Shown here in pieces: positions 37,576 to 49,947 of a DNA stretch of 64,000 nt. The stretch lies in the NCBI RefSeq assembly GCF_964355755.1, contig NC_092672.1:15004001-15068000 (forward strand), written 5' to 3'. The notes beneath the pieces are model-generated. The model was given only the letters and a program-made list of their open reading frames with translations, searched no databases and was not told the DNA's origin. Within the stretch, counting starts at the first letter, position 1. Each line of letters begins with the position of its first letter. The DNA is from Antedon mediterranea. Taxonomy: Eukaryota > Animalia > Echinodermata. The translations under genes were made by a program, and so were the position numbers.

Positions 37576-39214
37576 GACTGTACTATGTTGTTCGGTTAAA
37601 AAAAGGAAATGCAGCAGATTTGTTGTTACCGCTGTTTACAGCTAGGTCTATAAAACTAGTGAATATTAGGCCTACCATCCACAAGAGGACATTCGACAAG
37701 AGCTACTTAGGTAGTGCATTGTTTTTCTTTTTTTATCAACATAAAATGTACGAGGAATGACCTGGTTTAATGCATATAGTCCTGTAAAGATCAGTCAAAA
37801 ATAGGGTGAACCTGGAAGAATTGAAACAGTTTTTTGTCTGGTAAATATTGTTCAAATGAACATCGTATCCAAAGTTTACCAAATTCCGACATAGGGAAGT
37901 GGGTCAATTAGCATAAATTCAAAATGGCAGCCATTTGCTATTTGAAGCCCCATATCTCCGCTGCCAGAGGTTTTTCTAGTTAGAAACTGCCACCGCCAGC
38001 ATTTTTAGCCAATTTCGACGTTTTTATTAAAGCTGATTGAAACTATGTATGTGATCTGATTGCTATTTAATTTAGACTAAAATAATCCTAAGATATTTTA
38101 GCTTTACAATGGTACCAAGAACGATTTTCAAATAAAATGTAAATATGTAAATTGTAATAGTAAAATAAAAGTAACCCACTTTTTTAGTGTTTCGTAGTTT
38201 CGCGCAAAAAAGTTGAGATATTTGCGTTTTGTGCAAGACATACAATATGAAAATATCGCCCGGTGAGATCAACAAACAAAGTAAATGTTACTTACACGGC
38301 ATTGATAAACAAGTTGTTACTATCTAAAAATGTATTAAATTTTATAAATCATAAATTTTACGTCAAAATTTCGCCAAAATCCACATAGTAAAGACACCAG
38401 GCCTTGTCAACCCGGCCTGAAGTTGGTCCAGAATCGTTTTGCACCTAGGCCTAGCCTAGTACACTAGACTAGTAAACTGATGATAATATCCATACCATTT
38501 CCAAACAGGTCTGTTGTGTGAAAATCGGTCACTTAGTGTAATGTAATGATATAGATTTGTTAAGGTTGTAGGATTGTGAGCCATATCGATAACAGTATTT
38601 GACGCAGATACAAAATGTTCTATCTAGAACTATAATAACTTTATTGTAATAAACTATACAAAGTACACATCTACACAGTAGGAATAAATATGGAAGAGTG
38701 ATTCACATAGAAGAATGTTATCTATCTTAAGGAGTGAGCAAAGCAATGATGGATTGCTTTGTGGTCTGGGGACAGTTCTGGTATATCATCTATTTCTTAG
38801 AACAGGAACTTTAACTTATCATCTATAGGTGAATGACCAGCAGGCTATTGGAAACATCTATTGTACAATGAGAGCACATTTTAGATATTGACAGTTTTAA
38901 GCAGAGATTCGACAGGGCCAATCCATCATTGTAACCCCCAGATAAAATCAATCACTCCCACCCAAACATGCCTGGACAGACTTAGGACCAATCATTAAAC
39001 TCACAGAAGATGTAATAAAATATGCTAATCAACAGAGGCCAAGTTTGAGAATAGCCCGAACACACCTCACAGACACTTCTTAGAGCACACACACCTTAAC
39101 AGACACTTTTTTGAAGACACATCTTACCGACACTTCCTCAGAAGCACATCTACAGCCACACCTCACTTGCAGCATCACTTATACTTTGTTCCTGTTTCGA
39201 ATGTAACAATTGCT

Positions 39215-40038
39215 TTTTTCATTCAAGTAGACATATCGTGTCAAATTTTTACTTTTACAAAAGAAAAACTGTTTACAAGTTGTCTGTGGTTATAGTTTTC
39301 ATCCATATGCGCCATATTTTAAAATCTGAATGAATCGATAGTTGACAACTTTCGATAAACAATAATTGATATAGCGACACACATCAAATGACAGCATGCT
39401 TGATTGGCATTTCGAGCGTGTTCACTTTCCAATTAATTTAACATGTCTCTCAAACATAGCAGAGGGAAAATAATATTTTATCACAACCCCGCGCCTCGAT
39501 CCGGTAGACCTGAGAGATGGAAACTCCCTCTTTACTGTTAGCAAGTAGGGGGACGATTCTGCCCTGAGAGGATTCGGCCTTGTGGTGATTCGGTCTCAAT
39601 AACACATGGTTTCATCAGCAATGGACAGACTTCTCTCAGAAGTTCGATCTGGCGGTGAATAAAAGGTTACTGATATGCCGATCAAATAACATGCCGCAAA
39701 GAAAAAAATTTCAAGAGAATTCTAGAGTTTTTGTAAAAAAGACTAACGTCCGACAAATAGTTAATATGCTTAGCCCTAACCTAGAGGCCTAACCTAGAGG
39801 CCTAACCTAGAGGCCTAACCTAGAGGCCTAACCTAGAGGCCTAACCTAGAGCCCTAACCTAGAGCCCTAACCTAGAGCCCTAACCTAGAGCCCTAACCTA
39901 GAGGCATAATTTAATCAATTTTGATATAATAATAATTAGTGTAATATTTATAATGATACACTATTCCTGTTTTAGTAGGTTAGGTATATACAAACGATTT
40001 TTGTTGTTTATTGTTGTCCATGTACGTACTAATAAACC
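39215..40038 (+). repeat. Second copy of the internal region of the 24441 MULE-like element, lacking the Harbinger insertion
   Basis: Colinear with about 24680-25250 followed directly by about 26352-26528. Confidence 0.85.
39775..39904. repeat. 13-bp minisatellite CCTAACCTAGAG(G/C), 10 copies
   Basis: Tandem array in two variant blocks. Confidence 0.92.
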
Positions 40039-40849
40039 TCTAGAACTATAACTGCTGCTTGATTAGCTTCTGAATGAGTAGACCTCTTGGGACATAGCTG
40101 GCTGAAGCAGCAATGTGAAAAAGGGTTAGAAGCATGCAATTTTGTATAGCAACTCCTATCGGAAATTTGCAACTTAAAAAAAAATGAAATTTGACGTTTG
40201 ACCTAGTAGTAAACATTATTTAGTTGCGTTAATAGAGAGAGCCCTCTGTTGTTAAATAAAGGTGTGTTGGCCATTGTGTCTCCATGTGTTTATTAACCCA
40301 CTGGAGATAGGCAAAATCAGTGAGTACAGAAAAGAAGATGAACAATTTTAATATTACAGTACCTGGAAAGGTTATAACAATTTTTCATGGCAACACTATC
40401 ACAGCTGAACGAGCAGTGATATTTTCATAATGGTCATAGGACTGAAGCCATATGTTCTGCTGAAAAATATCACCGGAAACGCCAAGTAACAAGACATGTA
40501 TTTGATGATTTAAAAAAGTCAAAAGTGAAACTTGCAAATCAGGCCTATTTTCTACCAAACATAGGCTGATGTTTTCAATGTTGGCCATATAAGACCAATT
40601 TCTAAGCATCTTAGTATGCGCTCTATTTTTCAAAATGTTCTTTTGGGGGTTGGGGGATGCGAAAAACAGTGGTGTTTGTCTAATTCTTGATTAATATTAA
40701 TATTTGCTAAAAAGGCAATCACGAAGTGCCCCTTTTAAGAAGAAAAGAACCCCCCTGTTAAAATCTTGTCTACGGGCCTGTAAAACAGACTACTGTAGGA
40801 TGAAAAGTTATATATAAATTATTTTTCATTATGTAGATGAGTTTCCAAT

Positions 40850-41120
40850 AACAGCATGACATTCGTAAAGCAACCCTTTAAGGATCCATTGTTAGCCAAG
40901 GTGTATTATATTGTAAATGGTTGGTATGGTATACAACCCTATTTTTACGTAGAAATAAATCTGTATATAAAGGATGCATACTTGTGGGGTTTTCAGGTTA
41001 TAATTCTTGAAACACACAAGGTTGTTGAAAGAACTTCACGATCAATATCTGGGTATCTGCTGAGTCAAGAGTCTGGCTAGAAGCTACCATGGTGGCCATG
41101 GTTAAGATAACAATATTCAA
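40850..41120 (+). pseudogene. Decayed Gypsy pol fragment (RNase H-integrase linker and integrase zinc-binding region)
   Basis: Frameshifted translations KDPLLAKVYYIVNGW, DAYLWGFQVII and LLKELHDQYLGIC*VKSLARSY..WWP match conserved Gypsy motifs. Confidence 0.75.
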
Positions 41121-42091
41121 AGTGGAATCTTTCTATAAATGACATGTGAAAGATGTTATAGTGAAATTGAAAATGAAAAACATTTGTTATTTTCATGTAA
41201 TAAGATTAAACCCATATGGATTGTATTTAAGTTTTTGATCTTGAACTGTTTTGTAGAAAAGATTGATATAACATGGCGTAAAATGTTAAAGGATCGGAAA
41301 CAAAAACAGTAAATGAACTTACTTCAATATTTACTTTTTGCATTTATAAATCGTGAAAAGAAAAGAAACAAAATCAGGAATCAAAAATAATTTGGAGATT
41401 ATTTTGTTATGAATTAAAGCATTTATTAACAAATGAATTTATGCATAATTTACATAAGACCATGGATGGAGTAATGATAAGACTCAGAAGAAATGAACGA
41501 ATAATTTAAAAGATAAACTATTAAAACTATCAAAAGACTTGATGGTAATAATGTAATTATTTTATTGATTCCTTTTTTTTCTTACCTTATCATAATGGAT
41601 TTATTTTAACGTAAACTCTGTTTTTAGGCATCAGTTATACTTTTTAAGATGACAATTATTCAAATACCGTATATTTCGGTGTATAAGACGCACTTTTGAC
41701 ACGCAAATTTGACCTATAAATTTTGGGTGCGTCTTATACACAGGTAACTTCCTCACGCACCCTTAAAAAGCTAGTTAACCGGTTGTACAGTAGCCTCAAT
41801 AACTAGCTAGTAGGAGGCCTAGCCTACCTAGCCTATTAAGAATAGTGTACTACTCTGCAATGTAGGCCTAGTAGTTACTCCTGTATAATCAAAGTTGATC
41901 ACCACATTGTGGTAAAAAGTTTATTGAATTTTTAATTAAGGTAAATTGTCTTCCTTGACTGTATTAATTAATATTTACAGTAATTGCATGAGATATTCTA
42001 ACCAGGCATATAGTACTCTTAACTCGCGGATTCTAGCATGCAGCATCACAGCACAACACATTTATGGAAGAGTCCATTAATTACGGTGGTG

Positions 42092-42593
42092 TGTAATAAA
42101 TTACCATTCCCTAACATATAGAGTAACATAGTATTTACATGAACATTCTAGAATTAGATGTTTTGATTTAAGAAACCATGTATAATTAATAAGAACAATC
42201 AAGAACATTCCAGAAGTGCTATTAATAGAAACTGTAATCATGTAATAATGAGAAGTATAAGGAATGATCTAGAAGGTTATGAACATATTGTATATAAGGG
42301 GAAGTATGACAATTGTAAGTGGGAGAAGGATTTTGATTGAAGCATTTATTTTGAAGAAGGTTGTTGGATTAGAGGTTGGATTAGAGGTTGGATGTTATAT
42401 TGTAAAGTCATTGTGAAGCTGTTGTTTAAAGTGCTTACTGGATTGTTAAAAGTTGAAGTTGATTGAAATTAAAGCTTTGTTTTTGAGTTATTTTACAACT
42501 TTGTGGATTTTGTGTGTATACTTTTTATGTCACAAGGGAGTTCCTAAAGTATTTTCAACCGCTCGGAAACATACGTGAGAGGAGTTCGTGACA
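42092..42593 (+). mobile_element. Solo LTR (Gypsy-like)
   Basis: TGTAAT...GTGACA termini; 4-bp TSD GGTG (42088-91, 42594-97); internal TATATAA and ATTAAA. Confidence 0.85.
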
Positions 42594-42801
42594 GGTGTCA
42601 CATTTTAATTACACAATAACTATTTCCCTTGATCACGGTGGTTTATTTTATTACATCTCTATGTCAACAATAACATAATTTTATAATCATGTAGGCAATA
42701 GTTTGTATGTCAAGTGCGATATCTAAAAGAGTGTGTTTTTATTGTGTTAAGTAGCTTCCCCTAATCTCATAATGTATATGGCCAACAGTGCTGGCCAGGC
42801 A

Positions 42802-43740
42802 GCGATTTCTTTTTTCGTACATAAGTTGGGGACCCCCTCATGAAACGTCACAAAATAAACATGAATAATTCATCAGTTAAATTTTCTTGTTCCGTGTGCA
42901 CCCAAGCGTATAGCAACAAGAAGTGATTACAGTTTACACAGTGCGGTACGATTTTAGGCCTATCTCCGCTGTGGTTGCCGCGTGCGATTTCATAATAGAA
43001 TAGCGGCGTTTTTTGTGGATTGTCGAAATAATCAGCCTTTAGTTTATGGTGTTTTTAATATAATTTATTACTAAAGAATTACGTTTCTATTGATACTATT
43101 AGGCCTAATTATTAGTCTCTAAACCATGGAGTAATTCTTTACTCCATGCTCTAAACCCATATGTCTATTCTAGTAGTAGCTGTGTTGGTGTGTGTGACGT
43201 GTGTGTTAGTTAGGTATGACACAGTCCAAGTAAAATAAGTCAGCAAAATTAAACAATAAACATTACACAAAAATACATTTTTTATTCTCGTGGGTCTAAT
43301 CTTCCCATCTCATGTGTTCATATACGCGCATTTTTAAAGTTCCTTTGAGTACATGCATATTGTTTGATAATAAAATAGCAGAATTAAAAAATTACAGTAC
43401 ACAAATTATACACATTCTTTATTCTTGACGTGGGTCTAAGCTTTCTTTGGGCTATGTCCAATTACTACTTAGTTTAATGTCTTGCCTAGCTGTCGATTAG
43501 CCTCGACACATTTTGCATAGTGGACGTGTGTGTGAAGACGAGTGCGCGAAGGCAATCACGTGAATTGACCTAGAATCCTAGGCCTACTGAAAGAATCGTA
43601 TCGCAGTTACGGTGTAATCACTTCTTGTTGCTATACGCTTGGGTGCACACGGAACAACAAATTTAACTGATGAATTATTCATGTTTATTTTGTGAGGTTT
43701 CATGAGGGGTCCCCAACTTATGTACGAAAAAAAAAATCGC
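42802..43740. mobile_element. MULE-type MITE with long TIRs (about 130 bp or more)
   Basis: GCGATTT...CGTACATAAGTTGGGGACCCC...CAAGAAGTGATTACA mirrored at 43613-43740; 9-bp TSD GGCCAGGCA (42793-801, 43741-49). Confidence 0.92.
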
Positions 43741-44139
43741 GGCCAGGCAAGGAGCACATGGATAGTGTTCTCCTCTCCAATCTTCCGATGTGTAAAGCAT
43801 GCAAGATCATTTTCATATACCGTATGTGATATTCCTGGTTCATTATCAGCCCAAAAAACTGAACATCATTTGGATTGATTTTATATAATGATCATACACA
43901 CAATAAGAAGGTATATATTTAAATAATATGGAATTAAAGTTACTTTAAAATAGACATAGGCTAGCCCTACCACACAGTGCATCGTAACTGAAAAAATATG
44001 GGGATTTCCCTTTTCATTGAACTTTCAGTTGAAGTAGAGACGGATTAGGATGTAATAATAATATAAAGGCAATCAAACAAAATTATATCATTTGATTCAA
44101 TAAATATTTCTCAAATTTCATTGTTTTATTATTAAAATA

Positions 44140-44770
44140 CAGGCCCGTATGCAGCATTTGTAATGGTGGGGTGCGAGCGAAGCGAGCAACAATGGCTGGG
44201 GGCCAGGGGGCCGCCAAGGGCCCCCGGTGAGGGTCCAGAGGCCGAAGGCCCTGGCAAAATTTGCGTTATTTGACGTTCTAAAGACTGATTTAAGACTCTT
44301 TGTTGTGGCTTGAGCTTTGAACGATGGACACCAGAACTTAACGCTTTCTTGATGTTTAAAGGCCAACTCAGACAGCGTCGTACGACGCTGTCTGAGTTGA
44401 TCTTCCTTCCCATGTTTAGGCGCCGTATTCGATAGTGTCTGTATTTCCAGCGAACACTTTACCGCGTACCGCGTACATGAAGCGCTAAGCTATTGCTTGT
44501 CGTCGCATGATCGACTGCGCATGTTTTACATCGAGTTTGTAGTCAGTTCAGATTCCGTAATTTAATTACCGGTATTTTTTCATTTTATATTAATATATTT
44601 TTGTTTGTATACCATTGATGATGTAAATTTTGTATATATATATAAAGATATTGTCTTTAGTTAAACAAGACAAGAAAAAATACCAACCGAGGAAATAGGG
44701 GACCTTTTGGGACTTGGGGGAGGGGGGTGCGTCTGCACCCAACGCACCCCCCCCCCTGGATACGGGCCTG
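44140..44770. mobile_element. MITE with CAGGCCCGTA termini (hAT-like)
   Basis: CAGGCCCGTATGCAG ... CTGGATACGGGCCTG with a G/C-run subterminal palindrome; TSD not evident. Confidence 0.65.
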
Positions 44771-44923
44771 AAATGCCATTGTTTTGATGGTAAAATGTTT
44801 AAATTTCTGCCTAGATATAAGTGCGTACGTCTTATACATCGATTACATAAAAAATACTAATATTTCAGTCTCCGTTATGTCTTATACACAGGTGCGACTT
44901 GTACACTGAAATATATGATATCC

Positions 44924-45840
44924 TGTCACGATAAATATGGTCCGGGGCCAAAATTGGTCCGGCCGGACCAGTTTTGGCTCTAAAATTGTGGCCAAAAGCA
45001 GTCCGCCACTGCCAAAATCGATCCGGGCTTTTCTTCTGTCGATTTTAATTGAATTACTTAATACTAGGCCTATGATGCTGTTTTAAATTGTTTATGGCTA
45101 GAAAAATATCCCATGATATATATTAGTATGTTATCTTGTCGGATAAATACTATAAATAAATGTAATTTATCTAAAAACATGACTTAGCTGTTCACTCATA
45201 TTTCGGCCTGCCACACACTCACATGAACGGGTATGAGACGCTGATATTGCCAGCTAGATTTTATTTATGATTGAGGCCTTTTTCATTCCTCAGCCTAATC
45301 AATATTGGATATTGTTTTATAATAATTGTATTGAATTGATATATTGATTGATTAACCATAAATAATTAATAAATTAAATTGTTTTTAACATCATGGGGAA
45401 ACGAAGATGTTAAAAAAGAACAAAATGGATTAAAAACAGGCAGAGATACATATTGTATACAAAAAGCCTAACAATTAGTACTAATTATTGATGAGTTACT
45501 ACTAATAATGATAATAAAAAAACAGGCTTAATTTATAATATTAAAATAACAAATAAAACCCCGTAGTTTTCAATATAATGACTAATCATGGCCTTTTTTT
45601 AATGATATATACATTATGACTCATTTTGCGCACCAAATATTTGTAAGACCGGACCATATTTGGCGGCCAAAAACAGTCCTACTGCCCGGACCGATTTTAT
45701 CCAGGCCGGACCAGTTTTGGTGGCCAAAATTGGTCCGGCCGGACAGGTTTTGGCAGCCATAAATGGTCCCCCGGACTGATTTTGGCAGCCAAAACTGGTC
45801 CGCCGGACCGATTTTGGCCCGGACTGATTTTGGTGTGACA
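44924..45840. mobile_element. Ginger-like non-autonomous DNA transposon
   Basis: TGTCAC...GTGACA inverted termini, 4-bp TSD ATCC (44920-23, 45841-44), arrays of GGTCCGGCCGGACC subterminal repeats at both ends. Confidence 0.8.
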
Positions 45841-46115
45841 ATCCCACTTCGTGAATCAAATGGATCGTTCCATTATTATCAGAGGGTAGCTTGTTTGAAA
45901 TACTACAGTATTATACGTTTTCTTACTAATAATAATAATTATTGTAACTTGTAGTAGCGGCCTATGTTAAATTCATAAAGAAATACAGTATACACCGTTT
46001 AAAATGTAGGCTTAGCATTTAGGCCTAGCCTAGCAAACTCAATTCAAGGCTCTATGTGTGGGCGCTATCCCGATGTATCGCGAATAGTAGCTCTGGTCCG
46101 GGTACTAGTCTAAAA

Positions 46116-46212
46116 GTGGTCAACTCGTACCTAAAATAACTTGTACCTATTCCCAACTTGGCTAACTCGTACCTCAACCAACTCGTACCCACACCAACTC
46201 GTACATACCCAA
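46116..46212. repeat. Array of AACTCGTACC subterminal-type repeats (one end of a DNA transposon)
   Basis: About five AACT(C/T)GTAC motifs in 100 bp; no partner end found. Confidence 0.5.
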
Positions 46213-46486
46213 TTTTTAAGCCTACATTTTAATGGTAACATGCACTGTATTTTTGTTATGATTTAAGCCGCTTCTACATCAGCACATGTTACAATATTAG
46301 TAAGAAAACGTACACAGTAGGCCTAATCAGTTTTAATAATACTCTAGTATTTCAAATGACCTACCTTCTGATTAATAATGGAATGATCCAATTGAACTAC
46401 CAACCAATCATATGATGATCTGAGTTTTCTAGATCTAGAAAACTCAGATATTTGAGTTTTCTAGATCTGAGTTTTCTAGACACCGT

Positions 46487-49400
46487 ACACAACTTATTCT
46501 TATACAAATGTTATGCAATAACTGATGCTTTAAATGGTTTCATTATATATAGGAATTACTACAAATCCTTTACTGTTTGTAATTATACTTTTGCTTATAA
46601 TAAATGCTAGAAAATATTGTTGAGGATGATCAAACATTGATAGAAATGTCAAACTCAACTGTTATTTTCAGAATGCTAGAAGTAACTTACTATATTTATC
46701 TGAATAAATGCCCGAATAAACGCCCCGGGCATTTATTGTTCAGAAGGGTGTTTAGGGGGAGGAGTGTTTATTTGGTGGAGGCATTTATTATTTATTTGGT
46801 GTAATATGGTAACATGCATAATCAAATAAATACACCCTAGAGCCTAGATATAAAAAATTACAACACAATTAATATCGTAATATAACTGGATTAAACCTCC
46901 TTCATTCGGGTTGATTGAATGTCACAGACAAATTATACATACTAGATGGTACGCGAGAGAAATAGATGGTTCTTGAATACACAGTAATTTCAGCGTAAAA
47001 AAACATGCCAATTTCAAATGACTACCGTATACTAATACATTGTTGTTTACAGAAACGAATAGGCCTAGACACAATGATTTATGTAGTCAACCAAAATTAG
47101 CACCCTGGAAATTACTTCCGAAAGAGAAACTTGTCACAAAATGTGTCAACATTTTGGATTTGGACTCATTTTAACAAACCCAATTTGTGTTTTGTATGTA
47201 ACATTAGGGTGGGGGGATGGGAAAGAGGATAGGTACAAAGAGGAACAATTTTTAATATATTCCTTATCCAATCAGTAACAAAATATTGTTTCCATGTTTT
47301 ATAGGCCTATAAATAATATACCACTAAATACAGTAATACATTTGCGATTTAATACTTTGTTAAAACTGTCACTGTCATAGTCGATTCAAATAGTACATGT
47401 AACGATACACCACTAAGACGTTTATATTTGTTGTAATTATTAATTAATACAAAGTTACAAACGTTGAGAAGCAACTGTCAGTAATAAAGTTTATTTGTAT
47501 ATTATGTGTTTATAATCTAACAGTAGCGGCTACCAACACTCACAATAAGGAATATTTACATATTTACATTATTGTACTGTATAGCATTGCAATACTATTT
47601 ATGTTTATTCTCTAAGGGCCCATAAATTTACCTCCATGGTTAAGCTAAATAATTTGGAATGTTCCATTCATCGAAAATAAATACACTTGTGTAAACGTAT
47701 ATTAAATCTATCAAAATAGTATTTTTTAAAGAAAATTGGCCTGTCTTCAACATGATGATGCTGTACTCGAGCTGTTCAACCGGTTTTCAGCCATTAAAAA
47801 CAATTATCGTAGGAAATAGGAAAATGCGAAGCATCCTCGCATTATTGTGTGTGGGTATTTTTTAAGATCGACATCCATTAGACAGTGTATACCACGATCG
47901 AAAAACACCCCTATTTGGGGCAAATTGTTGAACCTAAATTCGTTTTAATTGTCAATAACTAATTATCTATCTCAATTTAATTGAACAGGGTTATATCAGG
48001 TGGTTAAAATCCGTACCGAAAGTAAGAACCAACTTTATATACCATCGAGTAAACATTCCAGAAGTAACGCGCGATTTACCGAATTTTGCCCTTCCGTAAA
48101 TTTATATATAGATACATGTCTGTTCCCAGTGTACTATTATACAGATATTGCCTGCTTGAGGTTAAATATAAGATTTGACATCCTCGAGGGAATGATATTA
48201 TGTTCGAGGAAATATATAATTCCCCTCGAACATCATATCATTCCCGATGGATGTCAAATCTTATATTTTACCGATATAAAAGGCAATATCTGTTATATTA
48301 CATAGCCAACATCTGCTGGGTCGGGTAGCTAGGCTAGGCCTCCTTTTTGTATTGTTTGTAAACAAGCCTGCCTAGACATCTTACCTTGCGAAGAATAATA
48401 TACAGATAATTACTAATTAATGATTCCTTGGCAATAAAATATTCATTATAGCCTAGGTCATGTAAACAATAACAGAAGAGTTTCCACCAATAAGCCTACA
48501 TTAATAATAATAATAATATTATCATCATCAGTTCGTCTTCTTCTTTCGAGCCGAATCACCGGATGTTCAGTGCGTCGCGCGCGTACCGGTTACTACTGTG
48601 AGTATTAACCAATCACAAACGGTCTTTCATCACATCTAGGGAGGACTAATAACAAATGAAGGCGCTATGTATGCATAGCTTAAATAGTTTAGTTGATTAA
48701 TTTCTTCAAGCAAGTTCCGTGGCGCAGCGCATGAAGCGTTGTCTTGTGATGGAGTGACAATTTCATCGCGAGTTCAAGACCCACAGATGACTTTTGTTTA
48801 TTTATTGCCACACGAAAATTACACAGTCAATATCATCGTACTCGAGAATTTATATGATTAATGACAGGGACACGATAATTACGTTGTTTTATATCATTAT
48901 ACTGGCACCTGGAGAGGATTCGTTAAATGGAGCCTGTGACAGTGTCACTTTTATTCTAAAAGACAAAAACAAAAAAATTTTGTTACAAAAGCATAAAGAG
49001 GAAAATGCATCATTTATCAGTGAGAAACAAATTATATATCATTATTAAAATTAGAGTATTTATTCAAATAACCCGCTTTGAATATAGGCCTTCCTCTAAT
49101 AAACGCTCGGCCCTCCCTTCGGTTTAAACACCCGCCACATGCATATACACAACAACGCCAATATGACTGCAGTCGCGTTCTCAAATTTGAGTTAGTGTTT
49201 ACGACCAACCGACCGACATATTGAGCTGTAGAGTTGCGTTGCACGTGACTATTAATAGTATCACAACACATTTCAATGACTACCATAATCTACAATTTAC
49301 CAAGCATTTTTTATCACTTTTTGATATAAATTGTGCTGTATTTTTTTTATATCTGCTGTAGGTAGTATTTATTTGATTATACATGTTACCATATTGCACA

Positions 49401-49622
49401 AAAAAAAAAAAAAATAAATGCTCCCCTAAATAACCTTTTAGCATTTTGAAAAGAATTCTGTTGGGCTTGATCGTCCTCGGGGGTTAATAACAATACTTTC
49501 TAGCATTATTATAAGCAAAAATACAATTACAAACAGTAAAGGATTTGTTTTAAATCCTATAATGAAACAATTTAAAGCATCAGTTATTGCATAACATTAC
49601 TGTGTCCAAGGATAAGTTGTGT
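46487..49622. repeat. Pair of inverted repeats (about 46487-46860 and 49340-49622) spanning about 3.1 kb
   Basis: GTTATGCAATAACTGATGCTTTAAAT...AAATCCTTTACTGTTTGTAATT mirrored by AATTACAAACAGTAAAGGATTTG...ATTTAAAGCATCAGTTATTGCATAAC. Confidence 0.7.
48130..48302. repeat. Palindromic hairpin of about 170 bp (probable non-autonomous DNA element, possibly extending to about 48672)
   Basis: CAGATATTGCC...ATATAAGATTTGACATCC..GGGAATGATA..ATGTTCGAGG mirrored by CCTCGAACATCATATCATTCCC..GGATGTCAAATCTTATAT...GGCAATATCTG. Confidence 0.75.
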
Positions 49623-49947
49623 AGAGAAACAATAAAATTAGTAACTAATAGTATTTCTGGTCATCTTTTAACCAAATTTTCTATTAGAATAAATGTAAAT
49701 ATGTATATTTTGTACAATTTGATACCAAATTTAATTTTCTACGACCAGAGATATAAAGATGCCCTGGTATGTGGGTAAAAGGTCAGAAAGGGCATTTCTG
49801 ATCATTTTTGACTAAAATGCCCCAATAGACTGAATATGAATGCATGCCTTCTGAACATTTTGAGACCAACATTGACTTGCTGCGACCAGTGGTTGCCGAG
49901 ATACAAGTAGCTATTTATATTTGTTTATATAACCCTTGACCCTGACT

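Larger units (their letters stand above)
41667..44918. mobile_element. Tc1/mariner (pogo-like) non-autonomous element expanded by nested insertions
   Basis: TA-CCGTATATTTCGGTGTATAAGACGCAC at the left and diverged reverse complement GTGCGACTTGTACACTGAAATATATGA-TA at the right. Confidence 0.7.

Noticed and set aside
39775-39904. Interstitial telomere
   Set aside because: The unit is 13 bp and derived from a TE; it is not a (TTAGGG)n tract.
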